Positions 29,363 to 41,172 of a stretch of DNA of 64,000 nt are shown here, in pieces. Position numbers and translations under genes: made by a program. The stretch lies in NCBI GenBank assembly GCA_028689545.1, contig JAQVCX010000007.1, positions 881-64,880 on the forward strand. Direction: 5' to 3'. The first letter of the stretch is position 1. Every line of letters begins with the position of its first letter. A model generated the notes under the pieces. That model did no database searches. It saw only the letters and a list, made by a program, of their open reading frames with translations, and was not told where the DNA came from. Origin of the DNA: Parabacteroides sp. GTDB lineage: Bacteria; Bacteroidota; Bacteroidia; Bacteroidales; Tannerellaceae.

Positions 29363-31423
29363 ATGAAAAATATAATGTTATCGCTTATGACAGCTATGGC
29401 TATGACGGCTTGTACAGGCCAAAAGTCGGATACGGCATCTCAAAATTCCGATAAGGAGTTCAATTATGTAGTGGATCAGTTCGCTGATCTGGAGATTCTT
29501 CGTTATAAAGTTCCGGGTTTCGAATCCCTGTCCTTGCGACAAAAGCAACTATTATATCATCTTTCAGAGGCGGCTTTGATGGGGCGTGATATACTCTTCG
29601 ATCAGAATGGACGCTATAATCTGGCGATCCGCAGGACGCTGGAGGTTATTTACGCTACTTATAAGGGAGATAGGGAAGACCCTCAATTCAAGGCTTTGGA
29701 AACCTATTTGAAACGGGTGTGGTTCTCCAGTGGTATCCATCATCATTATGCCTTGGATAAGTTTGCCCCGGGATTTTCACCGGAGTTCTTTATGGATTGT
29801 ATCCACCAAATCGACGCTAAGAAGTTGCCTCTTCGGGAGAATCAAAACGTGGATCAGTTCATGATCGAGATCGCCCCGGTGATCTTTGATCCGAGCGTTA
29901 TGCCAAAGCGTAGCGTACAAAGCGGCGACGATGATCTGATCAAGGCTTCTTCTAATAATTATTACGGGGGAGACATCAGCCAGAAAGAGGTAGAGGACTT
30001 CTATGCGCAAATGAAAATGGGAAAGGATACGATTTCCCCGGTCTCTTACGGTTTGAATAGCCGTTTGGTAAAAGAGAACGGTACGGTCGTTGAGAAGGTA
30101 TGGAAAGTAGGAGGACTTTATTCCGCCGCGATAGAGAAAATCGTAGATCAGTTGCGACGGGCCTTGCCTTTCGCCGAGAATGATACGCAGAAAGCGATCA
30201 TCGGGAAATTGATCGAATATTATCAAACGGGCGATTTGAAGACCTTTGACGCTTACTCGATCCTTTGGGTAGAGGATACGGCCTCGGAGGTGGATTTCGT
30301 GAATGGCTTTATCGAGACGTACGGAGATCCGTTAGGAATGAAAGCAAGCTGGGAGTCTACCGTGAATTTCACGAATAAGGAGGCGACAAAGCGTACGAAA
30401 ATCATCAGTGATAACGCGCAATGGTTTGAGGATCATTCCCCGGTAGATAAGCGTTTCAAGAAAGAGAAGGTGAAAGGGGTCAGCGCTAAGGTAATCACGG
30501 TATCTATGCTGGGAGGCGATTGTTATCCGGCTACCCCGATCGGTATCAATTTGCCAAATGCGGATTGGATCCGCAGGGATTATGGATCGAAGTCTGTCAC
30601 GATAGAGAATATCACGGAGGCTTATGATAAAGCCTCTCAAGGGAATGGCTTTGGCGAGGAGTTCGTTTGGAGCGACGCGGAGCGGAACGGCATGGAGCGG
30701 TATGGTTTCTTGACGGATAACTTGCATACGGACTTACATGAGTGCCTGGGGCATGGTTCCGGTAGATTGTTGGAAAATACGGACCCGGATGCCCTGAAAG
30801 CCTATAGCTCTACACTGGAGGAAACCCGTGCGGATTTGTTTGGTCTGTATTATTTGGCAGATCCGAAGCTGGTGGAACTGGGATTGCTTCCGGACGGCGA
30901 AGCTTATAAGTCGGAATACTATAAATATATAATGAATGGCTTGATGACCCAGTTGGTTCGTATCGAGCTAGGCAAGAATGTAGAGGAGGCGCATATGCGT
31001 AACCGTCAGCTGATCGCTAAGTGGGCTTACGAGAAAGGGAAGGAAGCGAATGTGATCGAACTGAAAAAACGGGAGGGAAAGACCTATGTGGTCGTGAATG
31101 ACTATCCGAGGTTGCGTGAACTGTTTGGAACATTGCTTGCTGAGATTCAACGTATCAAGAGTGAGGGCGACTATGCGGTCGGAAAGAATCTTGTTGAGGG
31201 ATACGGCGTGAAAGTAGACCCGGAGTTGCATGCGGAAGTCTTGGAGCGCTACGCTAAGTTGAACTTGGCTCCTTATAAAGGTTTTGTCAACCCTGTGATG
31301 AAAGAGGTAAAGAACTCCGGTGGTGAGGTTACTGATATTGTCTTAGACTACACGGAAGGTTATACGGATCAGATGCTTCGTTATGGCCGTGATTATTCTT
31401 TCTTACCCACTTATAATAATTAA
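29363..31423 (+). CDS. Dipeptidyl peptidase III (M49), lipoprotein
   Basis: Lipobox 'MTAC'; 'NGFIETYGDP', Zn motif 'HECLGH', 'EETRAD'. Confidence 0.95.
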   Translation: MKNIMLSLMTAMAMTACTGQKSDTASQNSDKEFNYVVDQFADLEILRYKVPGFESLSLRQKQLLYHLSEAALMGRDILFDQNGRYNLAIRRTLEVIYATYKGDREDPQFKALETYLKRVWFSSGIHHHYALDKFAPGFSPEFFMDCIHQIDAKKLPLRENQNVDQFMIEIAPVIFDPSVMPKRSVQSGDDDLIKASSNNYYGGDISQKEVEDFYAQMKMGKDTISPVSYGLNSRLVKENGTVVEKVWKVGGLYSAAIEKIVDQLRRALPFAENDTQKAIIGKLIEYYQTGDLKTFDAYSILWVEDTASEVDFVNGFIETYGDPLGMKASWESTVNFTNKEATKRTKIISDNAQWFEDHSPVDKRFKKEKVKGVSAKVITVSMLGGDCYPATPIGINLPNADWIRRDYGSKSVTIENITEAYDKASQGNGFGEEFVWSDAERNGMERYGFLTDNLHTDLHECLGHGSGRLLENTDPDALKAYSSTLEETRADLFGLYYLADPKLVELGLLPDGEAYKSEYYKYIMNGLMTQLVRIELGKNVEEAHMRNRQLIAKWAYEKGKEANVIELKKREGKTYVVVNDYPRLRELFGTLLAEIQRIKSEGDYAVGKNLVEGYGVKVDPELHAEVLERYAKLNLAPYKGFVNPVMKEVKNSGGEVTDIVLDYTEGYTDQMLRYGRDYSFLPTYNN

Positions 31424-31426
31424 TAG

Positions 31427-32119
31427 ATGGAAAGTTTGCAAGACGAGATAAGGGAGATTCGCAAGCAACTCCGTTTGGCGATGAACGGGGTGATTTCTAC
31501 GAGTATGCGTGAGAAAGGTATCGTATATAAGTTGAATTTCGGGGTTCCATACCCCGAAATAAAGGAAATCGCCCGCAAGCATAAACCGGATGGAGAGCTG
31601 GCGGCGGCTCTATGGAAAGAAGATATTCGTGAGTTTAAGATATTGGCTACATTTTTGTGGCCCGCCGATAGATTCCCGGTAGAGGAAGCGAGACGTTGGA
31701 TTAAGGAGATTCCTTATCAGGAGATAGCCGAACATTGTGCCCGAAACCTGTTTGCCCGTCTGCCTTATCGGGATAATCTAGCCATGGAATTTCTCTTCAA
31801 TAAGGAGGACTCATTTGCTCGCACGGTAGCTTTCTTGATCTTGACTGATCTTTTCAAGCGAAAGGAGGAGGTGTCAGTTCCGCTTCAGACGGCTTTCTTG
31901 GTGGAGTGTATGCGCTCGGTGGCGTGGAAGGAGTTTGATGCGGGTCTGGAGGAACGGTTCTCCGCGCTTCAAGCTATGAAATATTATGGTCGTCTGTCAG
32001 AGGCCAAAGTACAGACTCTATTTAAGGAAATAGAGGATTTTAAGGCTGCTTTTGGTGATTCTGCGGAATTACAAGAAATCTATAATGAATTAAAATTCGA
32101 GTTTGAATATTACCGGTAA
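31427..32119 (+). CDS. DNA alkylation repair (AlkD-like HEAT-repeat) protein
   Basis: 'MNGVISTSMREKG...NFGVPYPEIKEIA...LWKEDIREFKILA' pattern. Confidence 0.75.
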   Translation: MESLQDEIREIRKQLRLAMNGVISTSMREKGIVYKLNFGVPYPEIKEIARKHKPDGELAAALWKEDIREFKILATFLWPADRFPVEEARRWIKEIPYQEIAEHCARNLFARLPYRDNLAMEFLFNKEDSFARTVAFLILTDLFKRKEEVSVPLQTAFLVECMRSVAWKEFDAGLEERFSALQAMKYYGRLSEAKVQTLFKEIEDFKAAFGDSAELQEIYNELKFEFEYYR

Positions 32120-32174
32120 GGCTTTGCGTTTAAAATAAATGCGCTAACTTTGTCGTTTGTGCGGTCTTTAGGAG

Positions 32175-32645
32175 ATGGAAGCGAAAGTTTATACGGAAAT
32201 ACGTGCGTTGTTTACCGAATATCTAACGGAGAAGAAACTGCGGAAAACCGAGGAGAGATGTACTATATTCAAGGAGATATGTGCTTTTCCCGGGCATTTT
32301 GATATGTGTATGCTTTCGGATCGGTTAGAGCAACACAACTTCCATGTCAGTAAGGCAACACTCTATAATACGTTGGATGTACTGGTTGATGCCGGTTTGG
32401 TGGTGCGTCATCAGATAACCGTCCAGTCGGTGCAATATGAGTTGAGGATTTACGCCGATACGCATTTGCATTTGATCTGCACGAGATGCGGGGCCATTCG
32501 GGAGCTGCGAAACAGTACGTTGAATGCGGATATGAGAAACTTGAAAGTCTCTCGTTTTACGCCGGAGTATTATTGTTTGTACATTTATGGCCTGTGCAGT
32601 AAATGCAAGTTTAAGTTGCAAAGGCAAGGTAAACAAGAATATTAA
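32175..32645 (+). CDS. Fur-family transcriptional regulator
   Basis: 'LRKTEER', 'VSKATLYNTLDVL', 'HLHLICTRCG', 'YGLCSKC'. Confidence 0.9.
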   Translation: MEAKVYTEIRALFTEYLTEKKLRKTEERCTIFKEICAFPGHFDMCMLSDRLEQHNFHVSKATLYNTLDVLVDAGLVVRHQITVQSVQYELRIYADTHLHLICTRCGAIRELRNSTLNADMRNLKVSRFTPEYYCLYIYGLCSKCKFKLQRQGKQEY

Positions 32646-32669
32646 TAGCCTATAATAAATATAGAAAAG

Positions 32670-33941
32670 ATGAAAGTAGACGTTTTGTTAGGATTGCAAT
32701 GGGGCGACGAGGGCAAAGGCAAGGTTGTCGATGTGCTGACTCCGAATTACGATGTGGTAACTCGTTTTCAAGGAGGTCCCAATGCCGGACATACATTGGA
32801 GTTTAACGGGGAAAAGTATGTGTTACGTTCGATTCCTTCCGGTATTTTCCAAGGTGGAAAGATAAACGTAATCGGTAACGGGGTTGTTCTGGATCCGTTA
32901 TTGTTCAAGCAGGAAGCGGAATCATTGGCGGCGAGTGGTCACGATATCACCAAGCAGCTTTATATTTCTAAGAAAGCTCACCTGATTTTACCTACTCACC
33001 GGATCTTGGATGCCGCTTACGAAGCCTCTAAAGGTTCCGGAAAGATCGGTACGACAGGGAAAGGTATCGGCCCGACTTATACGGATAAGATCAGCCGTAA
33101 CGGTGTTCGTGTGGGCGATTTATTGCATAACTTCGAAGAGAAATATGCGGCCGCTAAAGCAAAACATGAAGCCATCCTGCGTTCATTGAACTATGAATAT
33201 GATATTACCGAGATGGAGGCTCAATGGATGGAGGCCTTGAACTACCTCAAGCAATTCAAGTTGATTGATAGCGAGCATGTCATCAATAGCTATTTGAAGG
33301 AAGGTAAGTCTGTCTTGGCGGAAGGCGCTCAAGGTACGATGCTGGATATAGACTTCGGTTCTTATCCATTCGTGACTTCCTCGAATACGATCTGTGCCGG
33401 ATGTTGTACGGGGCTGGGTGTCTCTCCCCGGAATATCGGCGAGGTATATGGTATCTTCAAGGCTTATTGTACACGTGTAGGTAGCGGTCCGTTCCCGACC
33501 GAGTTGTTTGATGAGGTAGGAGATCAGATCGGGCAATTAGGCCATGAGTTTGGTGCGGTTACGGGACGTAAACGTCGTTGTGGCTGGATTGATTTGGTAG
33601 CCTTGAAATATGCCGTGATGATCAACGGCGTAAGCAAATTGATTATGATGAAGAGTGACGTGTTGGATACCTTCGATTCGATCAAGGCTTGCGTAGCTTA
33701 TAAGATGAACGGTGTCGAGACGAATGAGTTCCCGTATGAGATCGATGATACGATCGAGCCTGTATATGTGGAATTACCGGGTTGGAAGACGGATATGACG
33801 AAAATGCAGAGCGAGGATGAGTTCCCTGAGGAATTCAACGCTTACCTTTCTTTCTTAGAGGAAGAACTGGGCGTGCCTGTGAAGATCGTTTCCGTAGGAC
33901 CGGATCGTGAGCAAACGATTGTCAGATATACAGAAGACTAA
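32670..33941 (+). CDS. purA: Adenylosuccinate synthetase
   Basis: 'QWGDEGKGK', 'GGPNAGHT', 'EGAQG', 'TGRKRRCGW'. Confidence 0.98.
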   Translation: MKVDVLLGLQWGDEGKGKVVDVLTPNYDVVTRFQGGPNAGHTLEFNGEKYVLRSIPSGIFQGGKINVIGNGVVLDPLLFKQEAESLAASGHDITKQLYISKKAHLILPTHRILDAAYEASKGSGKIGTTGKGIGPTYTDKISRNGVRVGDLLHNFEEKYAAAKAKHEAILRSLNYEYDITEMEAQWMEALNYLKQFKLIDSEHVINSYLKEGKSVLAEGAQGTMLDIDFGSYPFVTSSNTICAGCCTGLGVSPRNIGEVYGIFKAYCTRVGSGPFPTELFDEVGDQIGQLGHEFGAVTGRKRRCGWIDLVALKYAVMINGVSKLIMMKSDVLDTFDSIKACVAYKMNGVETNEFPYEIDDTIEPVYVELPGWKTDMTKMQSEDEFPEEFNAYLSFLEEELGVPVKIVSVGPDREQTIVRYTED

Positions 33942-33962
33942 AACGAAATAAGGTAGGAATTT

Positions 33963-34649
33963 ATGAGCATGTATTGGATTATCTTTATTGGATTTGCGCT
34001 ATTGAGTTGGCTGGTGTCATCCCGTCTAAAGGGCAAGTTCGAGAAGTATTCGAAAATCCCTATGCCGAATGGCATGACAGGAAAAGATGTAGCCGAGAAG
34101 ATGTTGCGTGACAATGGTATCAATGATGTAAAGGTGATCTCTACACCCGGACATTTGACGGACCATTATAATCCCGCTAACCAGACGGTGAACTTGAGTG
34201 AGTCGGTGTATTATAGTAATAGTATCGCCGCCGCCGCGGTTGCCGCCCATGAGTGCGGTCACGCTGTGCAGCATGCTACCGCTTACGCTCCGCTGCGAAT
34301 GCGTTCGGCCTTGGTTCCGGTAGTTAGTTTCGCCTCTAACATTATGACCTGGGTATTGCTGGGTGGTATGTTATTGTTGCATACGTTTCCTCAGCTATTG
34401 TTATTCGGGATAATCTTGTTCGCTACGACTACGCTGTTTAGCTTTATCACGCTTCCGGTCGAGATCAATGCCAGCCAGCGCGCGTTAGCGTGGTTGAGTA
34501 ATGCCGGTATAACAAATGCTTATACGCATGATAAGGCAGAGGATGCTTTACGTTCCGCCGCTTATACGTATGTGGTCGCCGCGTTAGGTTCGCTCGCTAC
34601 ATTATTATATTATATAATGATATTCTTGGGCGGAAGAAGCAGGGATTGA
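33963..34649 (+). CDS. Membrane zinc metallopeptidase (YugP-like)
   Basis: 'LTDHYNP', 'AAHECGHAVQH', 'TLPVEINAS', 'AAYTYV'. Confidence 0.92.
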   Translation: MSMYWIIFIGFALLSWLVSSRLKGKFEKYSKIPMPNGMTGKDVAEKMLRDNGINDVKVISTPGHLTDHYNPANQTVNLSESVYYSNSIAAAAVAAHECGHAVQHATAYAPLRMRSALVPVVSFASNIMTWVLLGGMLLLHTFPQLLLFGIILFATTTLFSFITLPVEINASQRALAWLSNAGITNAYTHDKAEDALRSAAYTYVVAALGSLATLLYYIMIFLGGRSRD

Positions 34650-34674
34650 TACGCCTCGGAGGAGGCTTCCCTTG

Positions 34675-34753
34675 AATGCCCATTCAGAGGATGTTAGAAT
34701 GCCCATTGTAAGCTGCTTATAACTGCGATTGTAAGCTCCTTACGGTGGGCATT
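34675..34753. repeat. Degenerate 23-bp-period repeat with terminal inversion
   Basis: AATGCCCA at 34675 and 34698; ATTGTAAGCT at 34705 and 34728; inverted TGGGCATT at 34746-34753. Confidence 0.65.
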
Positions 34754-34824
34754 GTTATTTTCTTATTTATTTCGAGCAAAAACATTACCTTTGCGGCCAG
34801 AATAATCATTTAAAACATAAGATC

Positions 34825-36180
34825 ATGCAAAAACCTTCCATACCCAAAGGTACCCGGGATTTTTCGCCGGAGGAAATGGCGAAACGTAATTATATATTCA
34901 ACACGATCCGTGAGGTGTTTCACTTGTACGGCTTCCAGCAAATAGAGACTCCTGCCATGGAGAACCTGTCTACATTGATGGGTAAATATGGCGAGGAAGG
35001 GGATAAGCTCCTTTTCAAGATATTGAATTCCGGTGATTGTTTCGCTGGCATCCCAGATGAGGAGTTGATAGAGAAGAACCCGTTGAGATTTGCGGCTAAG
35101 GCTTGCGAGAAAGGCTTGCGTTATGATTTGACGGTTCCGTTCGCCCGTTACGTGGTACAACATCGTAATGAGATCAGCTTCCCGTTCAAACGTTATCAGA
35201 TCCAACCGGTCTGGCGTGCCGATCGTCCGCAAAAGGGACGTTACCGCGAGTTTTATCAATGTGATGGGGATGTCGTAGGCTCCGACTCCTTAATCAACGA
35301 AGTGGAACTGATCCAGATCATGGATGAGGTGTTCCATCGTTTTGGCATTCGGGTGTGCATAAAAATGAACAATCGCAAGATCCTTTCCGGTATAGCCGAG
35401 ATCATTGGCGAGGCGGATAAGATCGTCGACATTACGGTAGCTATCGATAAGCTGGATAAGATTGGCCTGGACAACGTGAATGAGGAGCTTCGTTCCAAAG
35501 GCTTGCCCGAGGGGGCGATCGAGCGTTTGCAGCCGATCATTATGTTGCAGGGTTCCAATCAGGAAAAGATCGTTACCTTGAAAGAGGTATTGTCTGCGTC
35601 TGAGATCGGTCTGAAAGGTGTTGCCGAATTAGATTTTATCTTGGATCGTATCGCTCATACGCCAATCCGTGCGGAATTAGAGCTTGATTTAACGTTGGCT
35701 CGCGGCTTAAACTATTATACCGGAGCGATTTTCGAGGTGAAAGCCTTGGACGTGCAGATCGGTAGCATCACGGGGGGTGGTCGTTATGACAACCTGACAG
35801 GGGTGTTTGGCATGGAAGGCGTATCCGGTGTCGGTTTCTCTTTCGGCGCGGATCGTATCTTCGATGTATTGAATCAATTGGATTTGTATCCGGAAGGGTC
35901 TTTGAAGACTACGCAGCTTCTATTCGTGAACTTCGGTCAGCAGGAGGAGATTTATTTATTGCCACTGATCGCGAAGGTTCGCCAGGCGGGTATTCGTACG
36001 GAGCTATATCCTGAGTCTGCTAAGATGAAAAAGCAAATGGGATATGCGGACGCGAAGAAGATCCCGTTCGTCGCTATAGTCGGCGAGAATGAGATGGCCG
36101 AGAATAAAATCAACGTAAAGAATATGCTCACGGGCGAGCAAACCCTTGTGACTATCGAGGAGCTGATAGAACGCTTTTAG
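34825..36180 (+). CDS. hisS: Histidine--tRNA ligase
   Basis: 'PKGTRDF', '[12 protein letters not shown]', '[17 protein letters not shown]', 'RGLNYYTG', 'GGGRYD'. Confidence 0.98.
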   Translation: MQKPSIPKGTRDFSPEEMAKRNYIFNTIREVFHLYGFQQIETPAMENLSTLMGKYGEEGDKLLFKILNSGDCFAGIPDEELIEKNPLRFAAKACEKGLRYDLTVPFARYVVQHRNEISFPFKRYQIQPVWRADRPQKGRYREFYQCDGDVVGSDSLINEVELIQIMDEVFHRFGIRVCIKMNNRKILSGIAEIIGEADKIVDITVAIDKLDKIGLDNVNEELRSKGLPEGAIERLQPIIMLQGSNQEKIVTLKEVLSASEIGLKGVAELDFILDRIAHTPIRAELELDLTLARGLNYYTGAIFEVKALDVQIGSITGGGRYDNLTGVFGMEGVSGVGFSFGADRIFDVLNQLDLYPEGSLKTTQLLFVNFGQQEEIYLLPLIAKVRQAGIRTELYPESAKMKKQMGYADAKKIPFVAIVGENEMAENKINVKNMLTGEQTLVTIEELIERF

Positions 36181-36197
36181 GGAATAATGGATTATGG

Positions 36198-36283
36198 AAC
36201 ACGGGCTACACGGATGACACGGCAACGCACGGACTTGTTAGTGTTTATCCGTGTGTTGCCGTGTCATCCGTGTAGTCCGTGTT
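36198..36283. repeat. 36-bp-stem inverted repeat built of CACGG nonamers
   Basis: Arms 36198-36233 and 36248-36283 have two non-Watson-Crick positions, both G-U on the plus strand. Confidence 0.9.
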
Positions 36284-36318
36284 TAATGCTTCTAAACTTA
36301 TAAATTAATGAAACGACC

Positions 36319-37749
36319 ATGAAAATACCTGTTTTTATACTTTCAATCTCTTTATACTTTTCTTCCTGCTCTTTCACCCCTAGGGCCGAGTGGGTAACGA
36401 CAACCGAGAATACCTTTTGGGCTGAGCAGCCCGATTTGATATCCGCCCTTGCTGATACGATACCTACTATTGATATCACGATTCTGACAAAAAAGCCTCA
36501 ACAGCAAATCGATGGCTTTGGGGCCTGTTTTAATGAACTGGGGTGGCTTTCCTTGAGTAAGTTGGAGCCGAGTGTGCGCGAGGAAATCATGGAAGAGCTT
36601 TTTTTCCCCGGAGTGGGAGCCAACTTCACGATTTGCCGGATGCCCATAGGCGCGAATGATTTCTCTCGTGATTGGTATTCGTATGACGAGGTAGACGGTG
36701 ATTTCACGATGGAATATTTCACCATCGCCAATGACCAGCAAACCTTGATCCCCTTTATCAAGAACGCTCAGAAGTATCAGCCGCGCCTACGTTTGTGGGC
36801 TTCCCCATGGTGTCCTCCCTCTTGGATGAAATATAACAAGCACTATGCTTCTGCCTATACGGGCGAGAATTATGACGAGAAGTATCGGAATGGCTTGCCG
36901 GCGGATAAGATCGGTTATGAGGGCACGGATATGTTTATCCAAGACTCCCTTTATCTGAATGCCTATGCCCTCTATTTCTCTAAATTTATCGAGGCCTATA
37001 AGGATCAAGACATTCCTATCTTTGCCGTAATGCCTCAGAATGAGTTCAACTCGGCGCAAATATTCCCGAGTTGTTGTTGGACATCGGCTTCTTTGGCTAA
37101 TTTTATCGGTAATTATCTCGGTCCGGTCTTACAGGATCAAGGAGTGGAAATTATGTTTGGCACGATGGAACGTGCGAATGAGGCGCTTGTCGATACGATA
37201 TTGACGGACCCCGCTAGTGGTAAGTACGTGAAAGGTGTCGGTTTTCAATGGGCGGGTAAAGACGCTATCGCCGGGATCCACCAACGTTATCCCGGATTGA
37301 AGTTTTACCAAACCGAGCAAGAATGTGGAGATGGCAAGAACGATTGGAAGGGTGCTATGTATTCTTGGGGATTGATGCGACATTTCCTGGATAAGGGTGT
37401 TTCTGCCTATATGTATTGGAATATCTCTTTGGACAATGGAGGGATCAGTCGTTGGGGATGGGCGCAAAACTCATTGGTTGTCGTAGATCCGCAAACCAAG
37501 AGCTATCGATATACTCCGGAATACTACGTGATGAAACATGTCAGCCATTATGTCCAGCCCGGCGCATATAAATTGGAGACGGAAGGGGCCTATACGAACC
37601 TGCTTGCGTTCCGCAACCCGGATAACAGCATCGCCTTGATTATCGCCAATGAGACCAGTGAAGACCGTTCTCTTTCCATCCGTGTAGGTGATCGAGTCTA
37701 TACTCCAACCGTAAAAGCCCATTCCTTGAATACGCTGCTGATCGATTGA
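36319..37749 (+). CDS. GH30 glycoside hydrolase, lipoprotein
   Basis: Lipobox 'FSSC'; 'QQIDGFG', 'RMPIGANDFS', 'ASPWCPPSWMK', acid/base 'PQNEF', nucleophile 'YQTEQ'. Confidence 0.92.
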   Translation: MKIPVFILSISLYFSSCSFTPRAEWVTTTENTFWAEQPDLISALADTIPTIDITILTKKPQQQIDGFGACFNELGWLSLSKLEPSVREEIMEELFFPGVGANFTICRMPIGANDFSRDWYSYDEVDGDFTMEYFTIANDQQTLIPFIKNAQKYQPRLRLWASPWCPPSWMKYNKHYASAYTGENYDEKYRNGLPADKIGYEGTDMFIQDSLYLNAYALYFSKFIEAYKDQDIPIFAVMPQNEFNSAQIFPSCCWTSASLANFIGNYLGPVLQDQGVEIMFGTMERANEALVDTILTDPASGKYVKGVGFQWAGKDAIAGIHQRYPGLKFYQTEQECGDGKNDWKGAMYSWGLMRHFLDKGVSAYMYWNISLDNGGISRWGWAQNSLVVVDPQTKSYRYTPEYYVMKHVSHYVQPGAYKLETEGAYTNLLAFRNPDNSIALIIANETSEDRSLSIRVGDRVYTPTVKAHSLNTLLID

Positions 37750-37936
37750 TTATCCTTTTGAGAGATGTAAAAAGACAAGTTGTCAGTTATCTCTTCGGGT
37801 ATTTGTCCATTTCGTCCGAAATATTGTCAGTCGAACCTGGGTGAATCCGTTTGGCACACTATTCGCATAGGCTTAGGCGTGAACATAAAGTTCATAATTT
37901 AAAAAGTAATATTATTAACATTTAAATACCAAGAAA

Positions 37937-38206
37937 ATGAACATTAGACCATTAGCAGATCGCGTGCTGATTAAGCCGGCCGCTGCGGAAGAAAAGACAT
38001 TAGGTGGAATTATTATTCCGGACTCAGCGAAGGAAAAACCTTTAAAGGGTGAGATTGTAGCCGTAGGTAACGGAACGAAAGACGAGGAGATGGTTGTAAA
38101 GGTTGGTGATAACGTATTGTATGGTAAATATGCAGGTACGGAAATCGAACTAGACGGTGAGAAATACTTGATCATGCGCCAAGCAGACGTTTTAGCTATT
38201 ATCTAA
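37937..38206 (+). CDS. groES: Co-chaperonin GroES
   Basis: '[10 protein letters not shown]', '[13 protein letters not shown]', 'YGKYAGTE'. Confidence 0.99.
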   Translation: MNIRPLADRVLIKPAAAEEKTLGGIIIPDSAKEKPLKGEIVAVGNGTKDEEMVVKVGDNVLYGKYAGTEIELDGEKYLIMRQADVLAII

Positions 38207-38219
38207 TTCATTTTTATAA

Positions 38220-39887
<1,668 letters not shown>

Positions 39888-39912
39888 TCAGACTCCCGTG
39901 ATTAATGATATG

Positions 39913-39946
39913 AGCGGCTGTTCCGAAAGGGGCGGCCGCTTTTTTT
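39913..39946 (+). terminator. Intrinsic terminator after groEL
   Basis: AGCGGCTGTTCC-GAAA-GGGGCGGCCGCT followed by a T run. Confidence 0.88.
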
Positions 39947-40031
39947 ATTTCCATTTGCTTGCTAATTGGAAAAAACGATTACCTTTGTATGCGCAATGCC
40001 GATAGGTTGCGCTTCGTGATGATTTTAAAAA

Positions 40032-40115
40032 GCCCAGGTGGCGGAATTGGTAGACGCGCTCGTTTCAGGTGCGAGTGGTTTTGCGATCGTGCAGGTTCGA
40101 GTCCTGTTCTGGGCA
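40032..40115 (+). tRNA. tRNA-Leu(CAG)
   Basis: GCCCAGG/TCTGGGC acceptor stem, anticodon loop TTCAGGT, long variable arm, GGTTCGAGTCC T-arm; CCA not encoded. TACCTTTG box at 39980-39987. Confidence 0.96.
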
Positions 40116-40133
40116 CTTCCCAAAATAGAAAAA

Positions 40134-40685
40134 ATGCAATCCTATACAGAAGATGAAATTGTAGCGCAACTTCGGGACTCGGCCCGACAACGTGAGGCCT
40201 TCGCCAAGGTCGTGAGCCTGTATGGCGAGAAGTTGTATTGGCACATACGAAAGATGGTACTGGATCATGAGGATGCGAACGACTTGCTCCAAAATACTTT
40301 CTTGAAAGCTTGGATGAACATCGAGCTTTTTCGTGGTGAGGCCAAATTATCTACATGGCTTTATAAGATCGCGATCAACGAGTGCATCACTTTCTTGAAT
40401 AAACAGCGAAACATGAATAACGTATCTATCGACGATACGGATACCTTTTTGCTGGATCGTTTGAAAGGTGACGAATACTTCGACGGCGACGAGATACAGA
40501 TGAGATTGCAAAACGCTATCCTTACCTTGCCGGAGAAGCAACGCTTGGTCTTCAATATGAAGTATTACGAGGAGATGAAGTACGAGGAGATGTCCGAGAT
40601 ACTGGGTACCTCGGTCGGTGCTTTGAAGGCCTCGTATCATCATGCGGTGAAAAAAGTCGAGGAGTTTTTAACAAAAGGAGTTTAA
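40134..40685 (+). CDS. ECF-family RNA polymerase sigma factor
   Basis: 'DANDLLQNTFLKAW', 'STWLYKIAINE', 'LPEKQRLVF...YEEMSEILGTSVGALKASYH'. The track start (40038) is inside the tRNA; ATG 40134 is preferred. Confidence 0.93.
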   Translation: MQSYTEDEIVAQLRDSARQREAFAKVVSLYGEKLYWHIRKMVLDHEDANDLLQNTFLKAWMNIELFRGEAKLSTWLYKIAINECITFLNKQRNMNNVSIDDTDTFLLDRLKGDEYFDGDEIQMRLQNAILTLPEKQRLVFNMKYYEEMKYEEMSEILGTSVGALKASYHHAVKKVEEFLTKGV

Positions 40686-40733
40686 ACCTTTTGCCCGAAT
40701 CGCTGTCTAAGCAATATAAAAAGAGAAAAGAGT

Positions 40734-41126
40734 ATGAAAAAAGAAGAAAACAACCTAGATCGCTTGAAAGGGACTAACCCTTTTACTGTACCCGAGGGGT
40801 ATATGGAAGGACTTACGGAGCGGATCATGAGTCAGCTTCCCGAGAAGACGGAGGAGGAGACGAGGCGGATTTCCATGATGGACCGTGTTCGTCCGTGGTT
40901 GTACATGGCCGCGGTATTCGCTGGTCTTGGTTTGTTTTTCAAGGCTATCGTGGGAATAGGCGGTCCTGGTGGCGGTACCGTGTCTGATTCTTTACTCGTC
41001 CGGACGGAAGTCCCGGCAACGGCTTTGGATATTATCGAAGCGGAAGAAGACGAGGAGTATTTGGAGTATTTGGAAGCTCAATACGCTAATTATCTCTTGG
41101 ATGAGGAATTTCCCTATTCTGAATAA
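40734..41126 (+). CDS. Single-TM protein, probable anti-sigma factor
   Basis: 'NPFTVPEGYMEGL', one hydrophobic segment 'WLYMAAVFAGLGLFF', directly after the ECF gene. Confidence 0.65.
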   Translation: MKKEENNLDRLKGTNPFTVPEGYMEGLTERIMSQLPEKTEEETRRISMMDRVRPWLYMAAVFAGLGLFFKAIVGIGGPGGGTVSDSLLVRTEVPATALDIIEAEEDEEYLEYLEAQYANYLLDEEFPYSE

Positions 41127-41172
41127 AGTTTAAAATAGTAAGTTATCGAAGATTATTTGTAATAATACTTGT

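Noticed and set aside
37851-37877. CIRCE element upstream of groES
   Set aside because: Only TTGGCAC resembles the left arm; the GAGTGCTAA arm 9 bp later is absent.
40038-40133. N-terminal extension of the ECF sigma ORF
   Set aside because: It lies within tRNA-Leu; ATG 40134 gives a normal ECF N-terminus.
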